Assembly (NCBI GenBank): GCA_044892525.1 | Contig: CM097885.1 | Span: forward strand, 3,968,001-4,032,000 | Source: Schmidtea polychroa | Taxonomy: Eukaryota | Direction: 5' to 3' | Length of the DNA stretch: 64,000 nt | Part shown: positions 11,164-23,945 of the stretch, piece by piece | Layout: every line of letters begins with the position of its first letter | Position numbering within the stretch: the stretch's first letter is position 1 | Notes under the pieces: model-generated | What the model was told of the DNA's origin: nothing | The model's input: only the letters and a program-made list of their open reading frames with translations | Database searches by the model: none | Translations under genes and position numbers: made by a program

Positions 11164-11986
11164 TAATGGATAATTAAAATAAAAATACTGAAGAACAATC
11201 AACACAATAATGAATCCAATAGATAAATAACTGAAAAAAAACAAATGCAAACATTTTGCCTAAAATGATCAAATAAAATTTCCAAAAATCCCAAAGACTT
11301 TCTCTAGTCAAGTTTTTCACTTTGAAAAATTTTAATTTTCGCAAGAGAAATTTTGTTGTCAACAAATATATTGGTGATGTCGTCCTCTATATTTTTGCCG
11401 AAATAATTTTTTGAAAATCTCAAAGCCCCACGCTACGGCGAGATAAAGCTTAAAAGTTAACCTTAAAATCAATATTTGCAGTTTTTAATCAATAATTACA
11501 CATTTAAATCAATACTTGAATTTCTTTTTAAAAATCGTTTAAAATCAATAAATACACTTTAAAATCAATAAAAAATATTTTTAAATCAATAATCACTACT
11601 TGACCTTGAAAGGGCCCCATGTGGATAACCAGAGTGCGATAATTAATGGTGGTTTGTCACTTGTATGCCTCTCTACTATGCCGAGAGCGGAAATTTCGGC
11701 AAATATAAAAGCATATCACACGTTTCCATGAAATCTCTATAAATTCCCATTATAAAAAGGAAATGGGTTGGGATAATTTCATATCATTTCATGCATCATC
11801 ACAAACATTCCGCATGATTGCCTATTCTAAATTCGATTTCTGTTCCAATGCATTTGTATTTATTAATTACAAATAGCTCTGAAATGCATTAAAATCTTCA
11901 TTTAATTTTTATTTAAAGATTTAACCAAAAAAAATAATTAGATTGATTTTCCTTAAGGGCTGCCAAGCAATTTGTCTTTGGGTAGG

Positions 11987-12142
11987 NNNNNNNNNNNNNN
12001 NNNNNNNNNNNNNNNNNNNNNNNNNNNNNNNNNNNNNNNNNNNNNNNNNNNNNNNNNNNNNNNNNNNNNNNNNNNNNNNNNNNNNNNNNNNNNNNNNNNN
12101 NNNNNNNNNNNNNNNNNNNNNNNNNNNNNNNNNNNNNNNNNN
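11987..12142. other. Assembly gap or masked run (156 N)
   Basis: Run of N. Confidence 0.98.
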
Positions 12143-12239
12143 ATTTCTTTATTATTATAATAAAATGTTAAATGAACCCGCCAAATTCAGACCGAACCTA
12201 AAATGCCTTTCCCAAGAATTATGAGTTATCGTATCAGCT

Positions 12240-12813
12240 CAGATGTCGTTTTGGATTCTTTGATTTCCATTTACCGGGCAATTGAAAGGGCTGAATTCAA
12301 CGCTAACAATCTAATTGAACTCCAGGAAGCCATTCGGCACTAAATGGGCATCAAATCGAGCAGTGAAATCATGAAACGATCTCAGAATGGCGACCAAATA
12401 ACCGAAGAGATGCAAGCAGCGAATGAACACAACTAATTGAATGCGCTAACATCAGAGAAATATCCGAGGAATCCAATCGAATTGACAATTGCATTGAGAC
12501 CGAGCATGGAAAGCATTCACAATTGGCAGTGCAATCAGCCAGGGGGAATCCTCAGGTACGTGATGAACCATTTATAGGAAATCCTCCACAAGCTGCAAAT
12601 TATATGCCGCTTTGTCTCTCCGTGTCGGTTGTATTTGCTTGATATCCATCTCGCCGCACTTTGGGCGCTGTCGTGGCGCTCCTTTCATCAATGCTATTAT
12701 ACACCTTTGCACATTCGGCATGCGCGCTCTCTCTGTCGCGGTTTTCGTAATAGCTTATAACAGCATATTCCACATGATAATCGCTCCTGGATGCGCATTG
12801 GCGGTGCTCGATT

Positions 12814-12864
<51 letters not shown>

Positions 12865-13515
12865 AATTTTATTTTAACTAAATGTCTAGGGCCACCTGGC
12901 CAGGAAGGGGAGATCGATTCTCACCCTTATGTAGTCTGCTGCTTTTATTCAATACTCTGTGGATGTTAGAGTGCTCGATTCATAATTTCTGATTAGTGCT
13001 GCTCATCCCTACAAATATATACATAGAGGTTTTGTTGTCATGGCTTTCCATTTGTCTATTTGCATTCCATACTTGAATTTCCCCTTTATTTCACGCACAG
13101 GAACAATCGGCCTCGTATCCGTTTCCTTGCCTCCTTATTAACCAGTCTGACCAATCTGCAATTGCCTCAGCTATCCCCGCTAATTCCTATCCTTGCATCT
13201 GCCTTAACTGCGCCGTAACCGTTCAATCTATAACTGCTACATTAATGATATATATAAATGCTGCCGTTGGCCCCCGATTATTATTATTACGCAATCAAAT
13301 CCTATATTTAACCTATCAGTTAGATGTAATAGTTTCTTGACCTTGCACAAGTGAAAATGCGCTTGTGCTGATATTGCATTGCCCATTGCTGCTCCCACAT
13401 TCCCACCGCTGTCCTGTTATCATTTACAAACACCTTTTATGGTTCCTCCTGCTATCAGCATTGCCATTATACCAATTATTACATCATTATCCACGCTTCC
13501 TTGCTTTGCTTTCTG
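12240..13515 (-). mobile_element. Degenerate 3' part of the gag-env retroelement
   Basis: The duplicate at 55790-56937 is contiguous with the env-like region 56937-57400. GC-richer decayed coding sequence. Confidence 0.4.
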
Positions 13516-13518
13516 GCT

Positions 13519-13665
13519 GGTTTCTGTGTGATGCGTGGGGCAAATGATGAGCAATTGGATTGGCCGTTCAATCAATCGGTGGCAGTCGATGTGATCGATC
13601 CAGCAAATGGCAGCATTTATATGAGCAAGTCAATGAAATATTCAGATCGCCCTCGTCATGCCGGA
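13519..13665 (+). pseudogene. Orphan TRAF MATH-domain fragment
   Basis: GFCVMRGANDEQLDWPFNQSVAVDVIDPANGSIYMSKSMKYSDRPRHAG, in the opposite orientation to the full genes. Confidence 0.88.
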
Positions 13666-16472
13666 CGAGTTCAAATATAATAAAATAAATTCATTGGGGG
13701 TCATTAATTATAAAAAACTAAAATTTATTAAAATTTAATTAACTAATGGAGAATCAGAGACACTGGTGTAGTAGAATTTTACATTTTTTAATTATAATTA
13801 CGAACCAAAACAGAACCTCAATTAGGTTTTATTTTTACTTCTGTTTTGGCGTTCTCGACTTCCTGGAACTAAAATTATTAAAAAAACTATATAGCGATAA
13901 TTTGCTATAGTAAAAATTGACAAAATAAAAAAATCGAATTAGAAATTTAGATAACTAAGAAAACAGAAAGTTATATAGAAGATTAATCTTAAGATACTCA
14001 AGAATAAAGTTCCGAAAAAGATAAAAAAGAAAATTATAAAACCTAAACAATTCGAGATTAAAGTTCTGAAAAATATTAAAAGGAATATTATCAAACATTA
14101 ACAATTCAAGAATAAAATCCCGAAAAAGATAAAAAAAGAAAATTATAAAGACTTGTCCAATTTCTATGAGCCGAGGTTTCAGGTCGATTATTTTATATAT
14201 ATTATTTCTTTAATAAAAATTGTTATCGTTTACAACTGTTATTGTTAATTTTTTTATACATTTTATTTGGGGTGTCATAAGCACGCAGATACACACGCAC
14301 CCCGATTGTCCCGCCACAAGTTTTAACGGAGACTCTTTCGAGCTCATCAAATTTCTTAAATAATCTATACAAATTAGATACAAGCTAAGAGTAAACTTTT
14401 AACATAACAACTGGAAAACCCGGGACAATGGAAAACCCGAGCTATGTGAGAGAACCTCAAAATCAAATTAAGGTAAGTCGTCAAAGGAGAAATTCTTCAA
14501 AGCGACAAGAGGATGCCCGGGGTAAAATTGGATCCGAACTAATTTTACACAGCGAAATCAAATTACGAGAGAGGTATAAAAGTGACCGGCGAGAAAACAG
14601 AATTGCCAATTGATGGAAGAAAATTAAACGAAAGATTTAGTGAGAGTAATAAAGAAAACTTTGAACTTAGTGTAAATTATCGCTATGTAAAAATAAATAA
14701 ATTTGTTGGTTACTTAGCGGGAAAAAGAAACTATTTATATGTTCAGATGGAATAACCCAAGTAATCTTCATGGTTTGTGAATCATCTCCCTTATGTGCGC
14801 CCGTAGTGATGTAACACGTTGGTACTGCGTACATAGGTCGGAATCTACAGGCAGGTGAGCTCCCATGGGAGAACTATTCCTGGTAAATTTCACAGTTCGG
14901 GTTCTAGAGTGCCGTTGAAGGTCTTACCTCGTCTGATTTACACAAACCGACATCCTGGTCCCAGGGACGTCTTTCTATGATTAAACCTCTAGATTACATA
15001 ACTGTCCATGAATTACAAACACAAAATTAAAACAACGAAGTTGACCATATCAAATTCAACACTAATAAATTTTATTGCACAACGTGAAAACACAAATGAA
15101 TTCTACACCGAATGTCAAAGGACATGATACAATTTCACACTTCATTCGGGATACGGGTCATTTGAGCAGGTTAAAACATTTCGCCCTCAGCTAACAGGGC
15201 GTCTATGTCAACCTGTAGCCTTGCTTCTTCTCGTAGATGCGATATCTCGGTGGAAACTATCCGGAAATATCGATCTTGGGAACTTTCTCTTTAGAAGATT
15301 GAGCAGTGAACAGGGTCACTTCTAGAGCAGCAATAGTATGTCGTCGCTTTTGATTCTTCTCGGCCCGACATGGCCGTTTCCGTTTCTTCGCAGATGAGGC
15401 GAGATACTTATTATCAGGAAGAGGTATCGACGCTGTAGTGATTTCTGTGGTTTCCGTAGATACACGATTGGGTTTAGATGATCCGGAGAGAACGTGATCC
15501 ATCAGAGGTAGGAAATGGCATCCTTGCTCAACACAACTGGTCCTTGGCAACTGTAGTTGATTCTCTTGTTGGTGCAACGGAAACATGTTTTTCCCGTCTT
15601 TTATCGGGTATTTCCGAACTATCCCTACAGTGCACCAGCCGTAATACCTTGGCCTTCTGCTCTTATTGATGAATTTTACCTTTGTATTGAATTTAAATCA
15701 TCATTTATTAATGATTAAGTACTATAAGTTTGGGAAAATATGATTTGGTTAGAGTCGATGAAAGATTTTTATTGCTTAACTTTAGGAACTATGAGACTTC
15801 AGATGAGAATGATTAAGAATAATACTTTTCCGACAGATGATTTATTAAAAGGGCTTAATTGGATATTAGTTATTCGAGAAAATTTTATTTTGTTTATCAT
15901 ATTCTTGTCATATCGGGTGTTCGGTCCTAGCTGTAGATCGGCTATGGGGATAAACTATCTCTTTATATTCGTTATTTATTGACCTAAAGCTTTCCTCGGT
16001 TTCCGGGGTGAATTTACATTAATTCAATTTATTATCAACACCCATATCGAGTCAAGTAGATCTGATAAACAACTTTGTCTATTTGATTAAATCCATTTCT
16101 CGGGCCTTTGCAATTCTTTATGCCGTCTATTATTGCATTTACGTTAAATCTCCTAACATTAAGCGGATGCTTATTATATGCCCATCAATGGCCTTAATCA
16201 ATGGCCAACAAATGCCTTATGTTGGTCGTGATGATAAAACTTCATCGAAAATCGAGATACGCCGATGGATGTTGATGCTAATTGAAATATGTATTTCTAT
16301 ACGGAATATCCTATAGCTGATTTCTGCAAATTCAGATGGACAATTATGATCATGGACTCGTCTCGACTTCTAAATTATAGCCGATCTTTGAGTTAAAGAA
16401 ACTCTGTAAGAAGAATTCTCAATGAACGTGTGAGGGAACTAATCTAAATTGTCGTTTTGACGATATTTTCTC
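13663..16472 (-). mobile_element. Inverted, rearranged copy of the element at ~2090-2870 plus ~5940-7438
   Basis: ORFs 15257-15586, 15740-15982 and 16083-16316 mirror 5991-6434, 2572-2820 and 2286-2471. Confidence 0.8.
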
Positions 16473-16815
16473 TATTGGTTACTTAATTGGTTATTTACCC
16501 ACTATTATACTGTGAGCTTACCGTGCCAATATTACCGTGTCCCTTGTATGTATTACACAATTATCGGGTAGCTGATGGTGACGTAATCATACACATTGTT
16601 ATGTAACCGCTGGGATTTACATAAACCATGTGATCATCATATGTAAACATCTAGTTTGGTTTGACAGTTTTAATGAACTCTTGTCGGGATGTTAACTTTA
16701 TGCTCAAACTTTGCTATTTCTGTGATAGACAGCCATCAAATATTTATTTGTCTCCTTCAGTTCGACTTGGCGATGACAAAAGAAACCAAGATCCATATAG
16801 AATACACCAGATGTA

Positions 16816-17450
16816 ATGACCCACCTTAATCAACCTTTCTCATCTGCAATCATCTTATCCTTCATAAATACCTTAACTACACAACTAAACACAAACAAAA
16901 TTGATACTCAATTTGCCCTAAATGAATTGGAAAGGATAAATGGAAACATTAATCCACAAAGATATAATTTCCCTAAAATGCCTGATGTAATTCATAAAAA
17001 ATTAAAATCTGACTGTGAACTTTTATCTGTTAAAAGATTTAAATTTAAAATTAAACCTAAGGAGGAGATTTTGAAACTATTAAGGGATCACTTGGCTATG
17101 CAAAGACCGACCGTGGATATTTCAGACGCCTTCGGGTCCATCAAACATTACCTCATATGGCACAATTTAACAGAAATGGGTCTTATCGACAAAACCGTAA
17201 ATCTAATTAAAGATATGTATAATGGTGTAAAAACCTTCTTTGAATGTGAAGGAGAAAAATCATCTTCAGTACCTTTTATAAAGGGGGTTAAACAAGGTTG
17301 CTCAATATCTATGACTTATTTTTGGTTAGCAATTGATTTTATACTAAATAAATCCTAGTAGATCATCCTTTTCTTTTCCATGGACATAATATCAGCATAT
17401 TAGCTAAGGCAGGCGATATCGTACTAGCATCTCTCTCTTAAATATCAATT
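16816..17450 (+). mobile_element. Non-LTR retrotransposon RT fragment
   Basis: DISDAFGSIKH...GVKQGCSISMTYFWLAIDF, followed by a degenerate YADD-like AGDIVLAS. Confidence 0.85.
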
Positions 17451-17898
17451 AAAAAAGCACTGACAGAAACAGTTAACCTTGCACAAAAGTAAATTTTAAT
17501 TTAAACCATCAAAATCAGGATATTTCTCACTCAATAAAAACGAATGCCCTACGGAACTATACAATGAAAAACTACTGTTGGGCTGAATTGAAATAAAAAA
17601 TAAGAAAATAGCATTAAGAAATAAGACAAACATGATAAACAAATGAGTAAAAATAAACAAAAAATTAAAAATAAAATAAGACACATAATAAAGAAGAAAT
17701 AATAAATTAGGCAATGAAAACTAAAACAAAAAATTAAAATTAAAAATTAAGATAAGAAAACAGCAATAATAAGGAAAATAACACAAAAATCAAGTAGTTA
17801 ATAAGAAAATTAAGAAAATAAATAAAAAATATAATAAAAATAAAGAAAAAATAAGAAAATTAGCAAAGAAACATAAAAATTAAATTAAAATAAATAAT

Positions 17899-17952
17899 TA
17901 AGCGGCACTCAATTTTGATTGGTCCGCACATACGCAAAAATTAGTATATAAG
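17899..17952 (+). promoter_or_regulatory. CCAAT-box plus TATA promoter-like motif
   Basis: TAAGCGGCACTCAATTTTGATTGGTCCGCA...TATATAAG, matching 3433-3485. Confidence 0.55.
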
Positions 17953-18417
17953 GTAAGCACTGAAACAAAAATTTCATTGTTAACAAATTAACCATTTAGG
18001 TAAGAAGACTTTTAATTACATGCAGTGTTAACAAATTAACCATTTAGCGTTCAACAGTTATATAGATCAATCATCAGGACAACCTAGGAGAAATTGAAAA
18101 CAAAACCATCGATTCAGCCCACAAATCAGTCGAGTTATTACTTCAACAAAACTTTAGAATTAAATCTTACCTATTTCGAACGGATACTTTGGAAAATTTT
18201 AGTTTTGCATTAATATGTAATCTGATTAAGTAATTTATTATTTGTAATATCTGAATGTAAAATTAAAGGACTTTTAAAGAACACTTCTCTTTTCACTCGA
18301 TATCATTAAATAATTAATTTTATGGTATAATTAGTAGCAACTATTATTTTTTTTTTGCGAGTTTTATATGTTTTATGTTTTATTTTTTTATGATTTATTA
18401 AAAATTCAATGAGTAAC

Positions 18418-18550
18418 GTGGAGCTGAAATGTTTCTTACCATGGTGTGAGGGGCCTTCGGGTGCTCAGCAGGTGGGTACGGAGCATTTCAGTCACGCAGC
18501 TGACTCAGGCCGAAATGTGGGGGCTTCCTCACAGGTCCGTCGCTGAAGAT
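18418..18550 (+). ncRNA. Candidate structured RNA (paralogue of 3883-4010)
   Basis: CTGAAATGTTTCTTACC pairs with GGTACGGAGCATTTCAG (16 of 17). TGTGAGG/CCTCACA forms a second helix, and there is a C(UUCG)G tetraloop. Confidence 0.55.
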
Positions 18551-20325
18551 GTGCCTAATCTAGTGGGAAATGCTAGGGTGAAGATAAAATTTATGCAGAG
18601 TATTGGAAGAGAATTCGTATTATAAAAATTTAGATGGCAGGGAGTGTCAGGAGCAGGTCTACACAGTGATTGAGGGTGTCGCACATTTGGCATAGTTAGC
18701 AATTTCTTTACATTCGGAAAATTCGCACAAAATTCGTCACTTCACCTTAATCATCCCATCACACAAGTAAAAGTATAAGAGCTCAGCTATGATAAATCCT
18801 ATTTTAGACCCACTCATTACTCCGAAAAATAAATCTCGTCGAGACGATATTTGAATTAAGATATTCTCAGAAGCGAAAACACCTTGTGAATCTCATCAAT
18901 TTTTCTATCACTCACACTAGTATCACCTCTCGAACACCAAATCTATTTCCAATTTTTTCCCTTTTAATTATCTGTTCCTCAAAACGCCATAAAATCTGTC
19001 TCACCATCTCCATTCGTCTCGTATAATCTAAATCAGTATAGGTCCATTTGTCATCATCTCCTTACCCTATAGGTATTTGAAAAATAAACGCGAAAAACAA
19101 TTAAATACATTTTATTTTGCACAACAAAACGAAAAATTGAGGTTTACTTTCGAAAATGATCCATCGCCGTGCCTGTTTGCAATACTGAGCATATCGTAAG
19201 CCCGATCTGATCTGCGAATAGCCAGCATGAGACTCCACGAGGAATGAATTTCCTTCTAAATAATTCCAATCAAACTCGACGCACGCACGGAGAACAGTAG
19301 GCTGCTAAAATTCATCGAACCATCTTCTAATAACCCTAGAACAGTTGCAAACTCACGATAGACACCGTTAATTTCCACGATTTGATGATAATTAAGCATT
19401 CCGCTACGAAAATTGCAAAATTAGCCGATGAGAAAATACTCCATAAGCAACGCATGTAGAATGAGTAAAAGTACATGTGGCATGACAAAAGTTTGATAAA
19501 AATACACCACTTAGTCTACCGGATGAGATAATACCACTTATGCCGTCTGAGGAATTTTGAATAACATAAGAGATCCGTGAGAGTTCACACACGGAAATGA
19601 CGAGATAAGTGCATTCACAGATTTTCCGCGTATACATAAATCCAAACATCGAGATAATATCATCCAGCAGTATTCTGAAAAAAACTACATCGTTATCAAC
19701 TGACTAGCCAAATGTTAGTTTTCCATCCAATGTGAATTTTTCTTGAATACCACCTGCACGTCACCAAATGACATAATCTACATTAAGAGCATGTATAACC
19801 AACAGCTGTACGTCATTGCGGGTACACGAATTGTTATCTGAATTAACGTATCGACTAAAATCCGTCCGAGACATAAATAATTTAAGTACCTCGATAAGAA
19901 TAACCAATTTAACATTTTTTTTGGATTAAAATTGAGGTTTCTGTTATCTAATGACCCGAAGTGAAAATAAATAAGGATTAATTTGATTTTTATTCTACGC
20001 ATCTTATTCTGTTATTTAATCAATTTTAATATGTATCCATTCCCACTCGGATGGCCATGAGAATATTTCCCACAAACATTCGGGCGTATTTATCAATTTT
20101 CTCGTAAAGAATTTCGACGACTATGGGGGTGATGCCATGGGGTTTTGCCTTTTAAATTTCTTTTATAGAACTATGCTAGTGCAGTAATGATCGATCGTAT
20201 TGGAGGTGAGTTTTCTCTTGTCGGTATAAGACCGCAAATGTTTATTTTTATGTACCATTGGTCTACGGATGAAGTGAATTATTGATAATTACTCTAAATT
20301 TTCTTTCCTTTTATAGCCTACGATT

Positions 20326-21031
20326 ATGAATCCAGTCGCCAAAAATGTTCTCAAACCTTGTTACTCGTGCGCAGATAAGAACGTAACCATCAAGGAACTG
20401 CAGGCACAAATCGGCTACTCAAACGCAAGATTGATGAATTGGAAGGCACATGGTTTAGCCCAGTGCAAATGAAGGAAGTGAGAAAGAAATTGTATAGAAG
20501 CGAACACTGCCAAGATAGCCTGATCGCAGAAAATAGATCTCAGTGTATGCTCATTAAGGAACAATCTAAAGCCCTTCATAAGGTTTACTTACAAGCTGCA
20601 ACAACGCGAAAGATCGTAAGCATTCCGATCAACGAAGAGGACAATGTGTTCCCCACGCATCACGATCAGCCTCTCGACAGGTCGGCACATCGAAGAAATC
20701 ATGCCAAGGGTGTGTGGAGACGGAGCTCTCGTCCAAATCTAATGACGTAATCATCACAGCACCCCCTACTGTCAGTCCTTCTTCCAAGCCCAAACGGCGG
20801 CAACTATCTCGGGCCGAACGAAAGCGAAACCAGAGGGAGAGAGGTGCAGAAAGAGAAAAGAAGCAAGTATCAGCTAATGCATCAACAGAAGGTAGTGTTG
20901 CTCCTATAACTAGTATAAACACTGGAATCCCAGGGCGCATTATCTCCGCAGCTGGCGTCACATGGAAGGAGAATGCATCCGAATTTTTCAACCTAGAAGA
21001 GCTATTAGCAGAAACTGAATGGGAGAAGTGA
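20326..21031 (+). pseudogene. Unknown CxxC/coiled-coil/basic protein ORF (two frameshifts)
   Basis: After a TTTTATAG acceptor: MNPVAKNVLKPCYSCADKNVTIKELQ..LKRKIDELEGTWFSPVQMKE...; basic KRRQLSRAERKRNQRER; acidic tail FFNLEELLAETEWEK. Confidence 0.7.
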
Positions 21032-22203
21032 CCCAGTTTTGCGAGCAAACCGAAGTTCCAGTCGTAACTCTTGTGATTTTCAATGTGATGCTCTGTGTCT
21101 TCTTGTATTGTCTGTGTTTTTCTCTTGTACATCGATAATTTAATAAATCAGTTTTGTTTAAGTCATTGCGTTTTGCTTTATGTATCGGTAAACTTTACTT
21201 TTCCTTTTCTCTACGAGATAATTTGGTTGGCTGACACCTTTGAATAGTGTATGATTTGCAACAAACTCAGAAAACGATGGAATGTCGAGTGCAGAGGTAG
21301 AGTAGGAAGACGTAAGACCTTCTATCGGCAGTCAGGAAAAGGGAAGTCGAGGCCTCGGAAAAGAGTAGTCCTAAGGCAGGGGCTCAACTGTTTTCTGGTG
21401 TCTCGCCGGCATAATACAGGACCAACATGAAGCAATTCATGGGTATTATGTTGGAATGCAGATCGTGTGGAGTTCTACTCAAGATTGACAGAAATATGAA
21501 CTATGTTAATGTAATGGGCTATCATCCTCTAGACGGGACTTAAAAGGCGTATGAGTCAACCGAGTAGCACCTCAGCACTACCTATTATAAACGACTCGAA
21601 TATTTATATATATTTAGGAGTCGATTTATCTTATAAACATAGACATAATATAGACGGAAGCCTAGAACAAGCACTCATAGACAATATAAACGCCTTCTAA
21701 TTACACCTACACCCAGCACAGGAAATCTCAGACAATAAAATCTTTATACACTCACGTCTAATGTTCACCTTGCGCAATTGTGAAATAAATCACATGATAC
21801 TCGATTCAAAGAGAAAGGAAGGAGTAATGGGTAATAATATTTTAGCAAATCCGACACGAGACCTTTAAGAGATCCAAATTTCATAAAGATGCAAAGCAAA
21901 AATTAAATAAAGTAATTCATTTAATGATTAAAAGAATGCGTAACAGAATTTGATAGAGTTTAGAAAGCACCGAGTTCACTCATCGCATCGACAGCTCTCA
22001 TTTTGGTAAACTTACCCAAACTGATGTGAAAGCAATTTGGAACATTTTATCAGTATTGTTGTTGCGGATTGCGTTGAAATGCCTCACAAATAGCTGGCGG
22101 AGGTGAAATGTTAAGGCATTATTCAATTTGATATAAGGCAATTTTGGTATTGCATTTAGGTGCATTTTACTGCCATTCAATACATCAATAATTTCTCCAC
22201 AAC

Positions 22204-22300
22204 TAGGGATTGCAAAAACAAACAAGAAAAAAGAATACCGGTATTTCAGTATTGACATTTATTGGTACCTGGGTCCCGGTATCAATACCGGTATTCCAAA
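22204..22300 (+). mobile_element. hAT-type terminal inverted repeat end
   Basis: TAGGGATTGCA terminus with repeated palindromic ATACCGGTAT. The same end occurs at ~39190-39277, attached to a hAT transposase fragment, and at ~58715-58806. Confidence 0.65.
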
Positions 22301-22329
22301 TAATAATAATTTTTTATGTAATTATGTAA

Positions 22330-22610
22330 TGTAACGATTGCCACTATTTCTGTGCGATAATGCACTAGAAGAGCGGAAATTCGACTTAAATAAATGGGAA
22401 GCAATCCAATGTTTTTTGAAATCAACATTTGAGGCCAGCAAACAATCAATCAAGCGCTAAGCAAACTGGCAGCAAGGAAGCAGAGACCAAATGAATCATT
22501 GACGATATTTGCAAGTGAATTAAGGAGATTAGCAAAGAAAGCTATGAACGGAAAATTACAGGAGGAAAATTTAATCGGGTATTTAGTTGAAGGATTGCGA
22601 AGGGAAAAAA
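22330..22610 (+). mobile_element. Gypsy-type gag fragment
   Basis: FASELRRLAKKAMNGKLQEENLIGYLVEGLRRE, the same as 58401-58690. Confidence 0.65.
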
Positions 22611-22612
22611 TC

Positions 22613-23422
22613 ACCTCAATTTGCTCTCTGATCTGATTGCATCAATAACAAATCAATAATAAATCAAATCAATAATCAAACTTGATTGATTGATCCAATA
22701 TTTGTTTCCATCTCCATTCTCAATGAGCGATTCTCATTCTTCACTGTCGCCATTTCCTCATTCAATTCTTCTATTTCTGCTCTGTTCTCCGCCTCTTTCC
22801 TTTCAATATTGCTCAATTTCACCTACAATCACAAATATTAATAAATTAATTGCAAATAAAATTTTACATTGATATTGATAATTTCCTCACGCAATTTGAC
22901 ATTCTTCTCTCTCATTTCCCGCATCTCATTGCACAAATTGCTGATCTGATCAATCATTAATTTGCTATGACCTTCATTGTTCTCATTGAGATGGAATCTC
23001 ATTTCGTCCTTCTCTACTTCGTTCATTTCGCATCCAATTCTATTGAACGGGCATTTTATTGGCTGCTTGTTACATGTTTTCATGTGGCTCTCCATCACCT
23101 CTAATTCATCTTTGAATTGACAATTTTGCATAGGGCATTTCACTATCACTCCTGAAATTCGACTGTTAGCATTATTGTCTACTACAATATCATTTGCAAA
23201 ATTTATCATTTTCTTTCCGCAATGTTTTGCTGCTCCTGGACAGAATTTATCTTTTCCATCCAAATAATGCTCAATGCAATCAGAACAAAAGCGACAACCG
23301 CAAGGAGCATTGCAAGCATTTATCATTAAACATTTGCAAATTCTGCATATCAATTCACTGCTGATTTCATTATCAAATTCAAATTTATTTCTCTTCATCA
23401 TTTCCCATACGCTTGCAAACAT
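22613..23422 (-). pseudogene. TRAF-like copy 2, 3'-truncated (no MATH)
   Basis: The RING/zinc-finger exon and exon 2 are intact. The gene is cut a few codons into exon 3 by the gag fragment. Confidence 0.88.
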
Positions 23423-23879
23423 TTTATCTAAAATTAACAAAATTATCAAAATATTTCAACATTTTACAACATAAATCATACTTATTATATTGATTATTTC
23501 CTCTGACGTTTACAATTTCAATATTTATAATTTATATTTTGATGTAGATAAACAAACATTTTATAAATATCGTATTTTAGCTTTGAGCGCAATTCGGAAA
23601 ATTATTAATGTTAATTTTCAGCATTTTTCTCATTTGTTTTAAATATTACAAAATTATTTAAATTATAATTTGATAACAAAAAGTAAATTTTAATGGAAAG
23701 TTAAATAAATCCAAATTAAAAATAAATCAAAATATAAAAATAAATATTTTTTATATAATAAAATAAACAAAGTAATTATTCAAAGAAATTTATCGGTAAT
23801 TAGAATTTATTTGAACAGATTAAAAAGAAATTCAAAATCATCATAGCAAAAATAGAAATATAAATAAAATCAATATAAA

Positions 23880-23945
23880 CAACAAGCTTTGCGATACCCA
23901 GTGCAAATCCCAATAGTAGACGAGTTTCGAGCTTTTGGCTCGAAA
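23880..23945 (-). pseudogene. Truncated hammerhead/pseudo-LTR remnant
   Basis: The same repeat as 10335-10400 but lacking CUGAUGA. Confidence 0.6.

Larger units (their letters stand above)
8330..13515 (+). repeat. Direct segmental duplication, copy 1 (copy 2 about 51830-56937)
   Basis: The same ORF series recurs at an offset of about 43.5 kb, including the TRAF gene, the hammerhead region and the N-gap. Confidence 0.92.
17576..21577 (+). mobile_element. 4.0-kb TG...CA element with CTAC target-site duplication
   Basis: CTAC|TGTTGGGCTGA ... GAGTCAACCGAGTAGCACCTCAGCA|CTAC. The empty site, with a single GTAG, is at 39903-39906. Confidence 0.88.
16998..22610 (+). repeat. Inverted segmental duplication, copy 1 (copy 2 about 58401-64000)
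   Basis: The same ORF series recurs in reverse order and on the opposite strand. Confidence 0.92.

Noticed and set aside
11394-11703. MITE bounded by TTTGCCGAAAT / ATTTCGGCAAA, with internal AAATCAATA repeats
   Set aside because: An 11-bp AT-rich match with no TSD found; insufficient support.
11943-12224. ORFs spanning the N-runs (also 55460-55771)
   Set aside because: They are open only because N codons hide stops.
12817-12861. Poly(A) tail of a retrocopy
   Set aside because: An insertion absent from the duplicate, but no associated element body or clear TSD was resolved.
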